A stretch of DNA of 64,000 nucleotides from Octopus sinensis. Its lineage: Eukaryota. The notes below the pieces were generated by a model. It was not told where the DNA came from and did not search any database. It was given only the letters and a program-made list of their open reading frames with translations. The position numbers were made by a program, and so were the translations under genes. The stretch is taken from the NCBI RefSeq assembly GCF_006345805.1, contig NC_043013.1, forward strand, positions 45,880,001-45,944,000, written 5' to 3'. This document shows positions 55,801 through 64,000 of this stretch, one piece after another; the stretch's first letter is position 1; every line of letters begins with the position of its first letter.

Positions 55801-56211
55801 GCTCTCATGTAGTAAAATTATCCTAAACCGTTAGCGTTTGCTAAATTCACAACGATTAGAGGTGAGAGTCGAAAGAGAGATAATGGACGTTCGTTGTGGC
55901 CCTGTGTTCTTTGAGGCTTCCACAACATTTCACTTCCCTTCAATTATTTTACTGTTTCTTCTGTGTAAACAATCGAAATAGTCTTTGTGTGTTACAACAG
56001 AATAGCTCTAACCAGTTGTTGCTGCTGCTGGTCATGGTGCTGTTGCTCTCTGTAGTTGTTGCAGTTGTTGTTGCTGTTGTTGTTGCTGCTGTTGCTTCTG
56101 CTGCTGTTGTAATCGTTTAATCTCAGATCATCCCTGACCGACGAGCCAAAGGAATTTTAAGTGATCATTTCATATTTTAGTGTTGCCATGGCCTATACTA
56201 TGTGTGGAGTG

Positions 56212-56631
56212 GGATCTTTTCGGTTTGAACGGGAGTTATTTAAAATAATTTCCACGTAACTAAACACTTTTAAACTTCGTATACTGGTAGAATGTGTTTA
56301 TAAAACATCTTTTTCTCTTGGCTTTATTCAGAAAATTTTATAGGTTGTAAGATATTTGTTGTTTTTTTTCTTCTTCAATTTCTGCAATTTCAACCAATCA
56401 ATGACGTCTATTGAGGTGAAAACATTCTGTGCCGTATGAATATGTCCCTCGTTTAAGAAACAGATTGAGTTTATTTACATTTGTGAAGAAAAAAAGATAC
56501 ACTTCCCCCCACCCCTAACCCTAACCCTAAAACAGATTGAAATGCAATAGATCGATAATAGGGTCATAATTATGGGTGACAATTTTATATGACACCGCTA
56601 GAAAAAACTGCCGTTCAAACCGAAAAGATCC
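56212..56631. mobile_element. MITE with 21-bp perfect TIR, GTG TSD and internal (CCCTAA)3
   Basis: GTG|GGATCTTTTCGGTTTGAACGG ... CCGTTCAAACCGAAAAGATCC|GTG. Confidence 0.88.
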
Positions 56632-57316
56632 GTGGTGTATCCGTTTTCAAAAAGATATGGTTTGGATTTAATCAGATTTTCTTACTATTTTAAGCATGTC
56701 GACCTACGGCGTGGAAGTTGCCTTTGGCTTCTGGTTTTATAGCCCAGAATAACACTGTTCAAGATATATTCCTCAATCCAAAAGTGTTGCATTTTGTTGA
56801 TCATACCTTTCCGTCAGAATAAGCGGTGAATGAAAAAACCGTATGTGATCCAAGCATGACTATTCCATCTTAGTTTCAAGCACCGTAACTTGAACTATAT
56901 TATCCGAAGTATCCTGCCTTTCCTAAAGCGGTAGGATATGATTTAAGGGAACTTTAGACGGCGTTCTTAGCACATCAAGCGACAACATAAAGATTCCATC
57001 GCACATTCGTCAATCATGTTTATACACACATACATACGTAGTCTAGTTTTCACGTTTTTTATTATGGTATTTTAGCATTAAAAATATTTTGTACTGCTCT
57101 TAAAGTTAAACTAAAGCATTCTCACTTGACAGCCAATGCTAGAAGAAGGCAACATAAAAGCATTTGAGCTGGTGGGGCACTTTCTTGGATCGGGAAAGAC
57201 CACAACGACGATGAAGACGATAGGCCTGTACACAACACACACACTCATACACACATACACATGAATATATGTATATGTATGTATGTGTGTATATATACTT
57301 ATAAATATATATATAT

Positions 57317-57373
<57 letters not shown>

Positions 57374-57532
57374 ATATATATATGCATATATCCGGATATT
57401 GGAGTGGTGTGAGTTCGATCCTCATGGCTGGCTGCAAATTTTTCTGCTTTTAAAAAGATTTTCTCCTTTGTATATATACTGTTCAGTATTTACGCGTTGA
57501 ATAAAATTTATCTTTCTACTTATTATATATAT

Positions 57533-57571
<39 letters not shown>

Positions 57572-57592
57572 TATATATATATATATATATTG

Positions 57593-57925
57593 GAGACCCC
57601 TTCCATCACGAATGACCATGGGATTGAACCTAGAAAGTTAACCCCTAAGGCACAAGTCCGGACAAAGTTGTTTATGGAAGGCCAGAAGTCGCCCATGCAT
57701 ACTACCCTCCCCTCTCTATACCACTAATGTTATCCAAGGGAAAGGCAGCAGCCGATACAGCTTGGCACTAGTGACGTCGCCACTCATTTCTGCAGCTGAG
57801 TGAACTGGAGCAACGTGAAATAAAGTGTCTTGCCCAAGAACACAACACGCAGCCTGGTCCAGGAATCGAACTCACAACTTCACGGTCGTAAGTTCGACGC
57901 TCTAACCACTGAGTCATGCGCCTCC
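57593..57925 (-). mobile_element. tRNA-derived CORE-like SINE with a third tail type
   Basis: Minus strand GGAGGCGCATGACTCAGTGGTTAGAG..GAGTTCGATTCC..CTTGGGCAAGACACTTTATTTCACGTTGCTCCAGTTCACTCAGCTG. Confidence 0.85.
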
Positions 57926-57930
57926 ATATA

Positions 57931-57961
<31 letters not shown>

Positions 57962-58051
57962 CAGTTGAATAAAGTTAAAACATGGTCTGGTTTTCACTTT
58001 TCTATCATGATATTTTAACATTAAAAAATATTTTGTAATGCTCATAAAGTT

Positions 58052-58089
58052 AAATTAGCGCTTTCATACTTAGAGTAATCATCAGATTT
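58052..58089 (-). ncRNA. Minimal hammerhead ribozyme in PLE pLTR
   Basis: AAAT-CTGATGA-TTACT-CTA-AGTAT-GAA-AGCGCT-A-ATTT: intact core, palindromic stem III, one mismatch at the base of stem II. Confidence 0.75.
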
Positions 58090-58321
58090 CAAATGCGTTT
58101 AACTGACAGTTAGTTAAGTTCTTGACAGTTTTAGTACCTCTTGGAACGTTCCAGCAAGCTGGATTTTTAGAATACGGTTATAACCAATCCACATACATCT
58201 CTAACATCACGGTTTGCCAGGCATACCAATTTTCTGTAATTTGTATATATTTATAAACTAGAGGTATTTCAAATCGACATCATTAATTGCTTGTTATGTT
58301 ATTGCTGTTATTCCCGTTTAA

Positions 58322-58708
58322 GGAGGCGCAATGGCCCAGTGGTTAGGGCAGCGGACTCGCGGTCGTAGGATCGCGGTTTCGATTCCCAGACCGGGCGTTG
58401 TGAGTGTTTATTGAGCGAAAACACCTAAAAGCTCCACGAGGCTCCGGCAGGGATGGTGGTGATCCCTGCTGTACTCTTTCACCACAACTTTCTCTCACTC
58501 TTACTTCCTGTTTCTGTTGTACCTGTATTTCAAAGGGCCGGCCTTGTCACTCTCTGTGTCACGCTGAATATCCCGAGAACTACGTTAAGGGTACACGTGT
58601 CTGTGGAGTGCTCAGCCACTTACACGTTAATTTCACGAGCAGGCTGTTCCGTTGATCGGATCAACCGGAACCCTCGTCGTCGTAACCGACGGAGTGCTTC
58701 CATCATCC
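58322..58708 (+). mobile_element. tRNA-derived SINE family C, full length with TSD
   Basis: A box TGGCCCAGTGG, B box GTTTCGATTCC; ATTCCCGTTT at 58310-58319 and 58709-58718. Confidence 0.9.
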
Positions 58709-59379
58709 ATTCCCGTTTCGAACAGGTTTGATCATTTTAATAAACCGTTTTTCTTTTATCTTTCTTCCAACCTCACTAGTGTCATGCAGTTTGTAGAAAG
58801 GAAAATTAGAAATGTTTTCTGACCACATGTCTCTATATGGTCGCTCAATGGAATTTGGCGAACATTGGTGTTCCAGATTTGTTGTCTGTTGACTTGTAAG
58901 CGTCCCGGTAATGCATTCCCTGTCTCGCCTATATATAATTCCTCGCAATTCGGGTATTTAATGCAGCAGATCAAATTTCTGCTTTTACAGTTCAAATCTG
59001 CATTTGCGAAATTTCTGTTCATTTTTGTTACATTGGACCTACCAGTATGCATGCATTGACACGTTCCACATCTGTTATCAATACACTTGGATACTGTGAA
59101 TATTTTATCCTGTTTGTTCATGTTGAATTTTGCCTTTGTTTCTTTAGGTTATGTGGTTGCCTTTTGCTTAAGATAGGTGTTTGATTAGTTACGTTTTTTT
59201 TTTTTTAATTTTTCACTTTGTTTTATGATTAGTGAATTTGTTTTGATGATGTTAAAAATGCTTTGGTGATGTGGATTGTATGTTACTAGAAATGGTATTG
59301 TGTTCCTTTGATGGGTTCGTCTTTTTCGTATTGCCCTAAGTTATTCTATAGGTATCTCTTTTTAAAAAACATAACCAAC

Positions 59380-59553
59380 AAGTAGCTTGCTTACCAACCA
59401 CATGGTCCCGGGTTCAGTCCCACTGCGTGGCACCTTGGAAAAATGTCTTCTACTATAGCCACGGGCCGACCAAAGCCTTGTGAGTGGATTTGGTAGACGG
59501 AAACTGAAAGAAGCCCGTCGTATATATGTATATGTATATGTATATATATATAT

Positions 59554-59594
<41 letters not shown>

Positions 59595-59623
59595 TGTGTG
59601 TGTGTGTGGTGTGTGTGTGTGTG

Positions 59624-59660
<37 letters not shown>

Positions 59661-59868
59661 GTGTGTCTGCGTTTGTCCTCCCAACATCGCTTGACAACCG
59701 ATGCTGGTGTGTTTACGTCCCCGTAATTTAGTGGTTCGGCAAAAAGACCGATAGAATAAGTACTAGGCTTCCAAAGAATAAGTCTTGGGGTCGATTTTCT
59801 CGACTAAAGGCGGTGCTCCAGCATGACCACAGTCAAATGACTGAAACAAGTAAAAGAGTAAAAGAGTA
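59380..59868 (+). mobile_element. SINE family A, slightly 5'-truncated
   Basis: Matches family A. Confidence 0.9.
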
Positions 59869-59974
59869 ATCACATACTTATCTTAAGCAAAAGACATGGT
59901 AATTTCAATGTTTTGTTGGATGGACTGTGGAGGAGGTTTGTACAAGTTGTGAGCCCTGTTGATGTAATTGTGAG

Positions 59975-60120
59975 GTTGTAATCTTTATATTCTGTGACAA
60001 TCGGACACAACATTGTCATCCGTATACTGCATTTCTGAAATGGTGTTTGTCGATGTTTTATACTTCATCTAGAATCAGTTTTGATTGAAGACACCTTCAT
60101 CAAACCTGTCTTTATTCTAA
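59975..60120 (-). pseudogene. RTE-clade-like LINE reverse transcriptase fragment
   Basis: Minus strand RFDEGVFNQN*F*MKYKTSTNTISEMQYTDDNVV..LQ resembles the RTE RT segment around YADD. Confidence 0.55.
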
Positions 60121-60334
60121 ATGAGAAGGAAAATACTCCAAGGCGGTGCCCCAGCATGGCCGCAGTCAAATGATTGAAATAAAAAAATAACAGATTATAT
60201 ATATGCGTATACCTATGCGCAAATAGTGTTATATTCGATAGGTAAGCAGTTGGGGAATCACTATTACTCAGAGCTTTAACTCATACTCGTGAACACCTTA
60301 GTAATAAATCGGTGAATCACAAACTATTTAATTA

Positions 60335-61057
60335 CTAGCAGTATAACCCGGCCTTGCCCGGGATTAAGTTACAATTATTAAGCTAATCAAGTTCTTTATT
60401 TCAAACCAAACTAAGTAATATCAACATCAAATTTGGGCGAAATCTGTTGAAATTGGTTATATTATATATATATATTATATATATTATATATATATTATCT
60501 TTCTTTTATCTTTTTATCTTTTATCTTTTACTTGTTTCAGTCATTTGACTGCGGCCATGCTGGAGCACCGCCTTTAGTCGAGCAAATCGACCCCGGGACT
60601 TATTCTTTGTAAGCCCAGTACTTATTCTATCGGTCTCTTTTGCCGAACCGCTAAGTATATAATATATATATATTATATACATATAATATAATATAAATAT
60701 ATATGGTCAACAGACACGAACACACATACACACACGTACGTACACCTATTGCATGTTTTGTGCACGCATACATGTTCATAAACAGAAATGAATGGAAAAA
60801 ATGTTGTTAAATTTGTAGATTAACACTCGCACGATTTTCACTAAGAAAAAAAATCAGTTTTTTTTTTTTTGCTTGGAATCAACTTCTCTGGCATCCTAAT
60901 ATGCTACAAAAGCCCTTTTGTGGTCCGTGAAACGGAGTGGGGTGTGGGGAACTGGGATTTGAATATACGCCATAAAGCTAAACCGTTTATGGACGGGAAA
61001 CCGAAGGTTATCCCATGAACCGACCTTCCCCATTTTGAATATATATATATATATATA

Positions 61058-61139
<82 letters not shown>

Positions 61140-61154
61140 ATATATATAAATAGA
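60335..61154 (-). mobile_element. Non-autonomous Helitron (different family) with a nested SINE A 3' fragment at ~60510-60656
   Basis: Minus strand A|TCTATTTATATA 5' end; hairpin CCCGGGCAAGGCCGGG; CTAG|T 3' end. Confidence 0.65.
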
Positions 61155-61298
61155 TGAGTGTATTTTTACCTTGTTAACAATTAACACGGAAAAATAAATA
61201 AATAGTTACCAGGGCAGCAAAAATCTCACAAGTAAAGATGTTGTAACTCCTTGTTTATAAAGGTTGAAACTTCGTGTTTACGTTGACTATTTTGAATA

Positions 61299-61511
61299 AT
61301 ATGAATAAAAAATGGAGTTCTCTCTATCGCTATACAAATCCATCATTTTTTGCTAAAATGTCGTATTGACGAGTTTCGTTTTTTTCACTTTCCCGAAGAG
61401 AAGATTGCATTGTTTATACCATTTATTCTTTTGAATAGTATCAGTGGAATTTTCGAAACATGTGTCGAAAGTAAAAATACTTGTTTAAACCTGCGTTAAC
61501 TCCATTTTTTA

Positions 61512-61518
<7 letters not shown>
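61299..61518 (+). mobile_element. Element with 21-bp inverted ends and a hammerhead motif (61388-61471); homologous half at 39285-39360 (minus strand)
   Basis: CTTTC-CCGAAGA-GAAGATTGCA...TGGAATTTTC-GAA-ACATGTGT-C-GAAAG. Confidence 0.68.
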
Positions 61519-61557
<39 letters not shown>

Positions 61558-62094
61558 TAAATTAGAGATAAAACCACTATTAGGCAAATCAAACAGTGAA
61601 AAACATAAGCCAATACATAAAATTAATTTAAAATATAAAAGTTAAAAATAAAAAAATTATTTAAATAATTTAAACTTATAAAATTTTATATATATATATA
61701 CAAATATATATATATATGTATGTATATTTTATATTTATATATTATTTTATTTATTAATTAATTTATTTATTTATCTATTTATTATTTTTTTTTATATATC
61801 AAAAGTATTAAAAGATAAAGATATATAGATATATCACTTCACAAGGCTTTGGTTTGACCTGTGGCAATAGTAGAAGATGCTCGTCCAAGGTGCCACGCAG
61901 TGGTACTGAACCCAAAGACGCATGATTGGGAAACAACCTTTGTAGCCACACAGCCACGCATGCCCCAATAAATGTCTCTGTATTTGTTATCCGTATACAT
62001 CTGTATTACGAATGTAATATGTACCTATGAATATAAGTGCATACATTTCAGTGTGAATGTGTGTGTGTGTATGCGTATGTGTACATATGTGTGT

Positions 62095-62136
<42 letters not shown>

Positions 62137-63439
62137 CTTTTAGCATTTTACCGGTTTTTGTCATTGTGTTGTGGTCGTACTGAATCTCCGTTTTCAATGG
62201 TTATTTGTCGATCGTATCGAAACCCATTACTTACACCAGTCAAGTACATATTTTATCGATCTATCTTTTATCGAGCGAAATAGCTGTGTGTGTATGTGTG
62301 TGGGTGTGCGTGCGTGCGTGCGCGTGTATGTGTGGGTCATGTGAATGTGTGCGTGTGTGAAAAGCCTCTTCATCAACATGAAATGACAAAGCGTTAAACA
62401 TAAAACGTACTTCAGCCACCAGCCGATGTGAAATATGAATTTAGATATATATATATATGCGAAAAATGTAAACTTCGTAAGGCAGAACTGTTACATCGGG
62501 TGTACAAGTGGGCCACTTGACCATGTATGTGTGTACAACAAGGAGCTATCGCAACTAATTACAATATTGTGCATAAAATAAAACCAGGTAGAAAATCATT
62601 AGTTTGACTGCATTATAATTTCACGCAGTATTCTACAAAACCCAGAATTTCAATGGAAGATATGCTAACAGCAAAATATAGACCAAAGGTAACGTAAAAA
62701 TGCATCACAAGTAAAATATATCATGAATTCTACCAGGACTTAAGCGCTGAATGTTTTTAAAAGTCGGCGCTGACGATCTTATTAGTTAACATAATATTCC
62801 CATGATACTTTGTGTCGTACTGCAAAGCGCACGGAGCGTACGGCTATTACTGCGTTCATTGCATCCCGATGATGTGGCTGAGAAAGTCTCGAAATGTTAA
62901 CTGAATAACAGATTTAAGAACATTGTTCGCTTTAAACCGGTCTTAAGGCACTAATAAAGATATAGTGAAGAATCGCTAATAAAACTATATATATATAGTA
63001 TATGGGTTATTACTATTCGACAGAAAGTACTGCTGTTATCGCCTCTACATTTTTATCAGTTGTATCACACACTCATACACACACACACTCTCTCTCCTTC
63101 TCTTTCCTTCTCCCTCTCCCTCTCTTTGTTTTTTTCTCTCTCTTTCTTTCTTTCTCTCTTTTTCTCTCCCTTAGAACAAGATAAAGCTGATAGAGCTTAA
63201 TTCGAAAGAGTGTTTTTGTCTATGTAATATAGTGAGTTGAAAAACTTCGATGAAATGAAATTATCGAATCAGATAGTATACAAAACTCCCTCTGGGTGTA
63301 TTAAGTTCTAAAAGCAACAATTCAAAAGTGATAATCCAATATGATCACACACAATATATATATATATATCCTTGCAAACAAACAGAGAGGTGCAGACACA
63401 CACGCACACAGAGTTGTATATATATATATATATATTAAT

Positions 63440-63470
<31 letters not shown>

Positions 63471-63534
63471 CATACATATATATATAACATATACATATAT
63501 ATATGTTGTTGTATATGTATGTATGCGTGTGTAT

Positions 63535-63630
63535 GTATGTCATTATTCAATTTATTTCAAAATCTCTTGCTAATAGAGAAAGAACCGGTTTCTAACCTAG
63601 ATCCAAGGCTCCTTCATTGGAATTTCAACA
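63535..63630 (-). mobile_element. Short repeat with degenerate hammerhead-like architecture
   Basis: Minus strand AGCCT-TGGATCT-AGGTT-AGAAACCGGTT with palindromic ACCGGT; core not canonical. Confidence 0.35.
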
Positions 63631-64000
63631 TGTATGTATGTATGTATATATGTATGTACAGATTTGTATGTTTTATTATGTATTCTCATGCATATAGTTA
63701 CATATCTTGACATGCTCATATATATTTAAATGATAAATTTTTGGAAAGTTTTACATATTTTTACAATTCCAGTGAGGGATTGGATTAGCTTTCTCTTTTC
63801 TAGTTTTGAGAAGCCTAATTTCTCAAGACTGGTATTTAGGCAGCGTGTTACATATCCCAGGGCCCCCAATAATTACAGGTATAAACCTGAACTTATAATC
63901 TAAATAGAGTGACTGCAGATTTCTCAATAGTTCAGCATAGGTGTTCTCTTTTTCACTGATCTTCAGCTTTATGTTAACATCCGCAGGACAGCTAATTTCC

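Larger units (their letters stand above)
57960..59360 (-). mobile_element. Penelope-like element 3' part: GIY-YIG relic plus pLTR, split by a SINE
   Basis: ORF 58756-59121 KC..RCGTC..NCKSRNLICCIK..C..LYIGETG..L..R; upstream IPFLVTYNP and KRQPHNLK; reading frame continues across the SINE TSD. Confidence 0.88.

Noticed and set aside
56513-56530. Telomere or chromosome-fusion relic
   Set aside because: Only three CCCTAA units, internal to a MITE.
58322-58395. tRNA gene (likewise the other SINE heads)
   Set aside because: A and B boxes continue into a SINE body with a TSD, and there is no complete cloverleaf acceptor stem.

Overview
AT-rich, microsatellite-saturated animal DNA; the SINE families point to an octopus genome (inference). 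No host protein-coding exon, rRNA, true tRNA gene or CRISPR array is supported, and nearly all ORF-track entries are translations of simple repeats. The window holds about 25 tRNA-derived SINE copies of several modular families, fossil hAT (x2) and Tigger/pogo (x2) transposases, piggyBac-, Tc1- and other MITEs, non-autonomous Helitrons, an RTE-like LINE fragment and three Penelope-like element (PLE) relics. The most notable signal is a population of short elements, mostly inserted in (TA)n tracts and often foldback (inverted partial copy plus unit). They carry minimal type-I hammerhead ribozyme motifs with a palindromic stem III; some have an intact catalytic core and several have altered cores. 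Other points of interest are SINE dimers mobilised as one unit, head/core/tail shuffling among SINEs, and a 46-bp minisatellite born at a SINE 3' end. All alignments and folds were done by eye, so boundaries are approximate.
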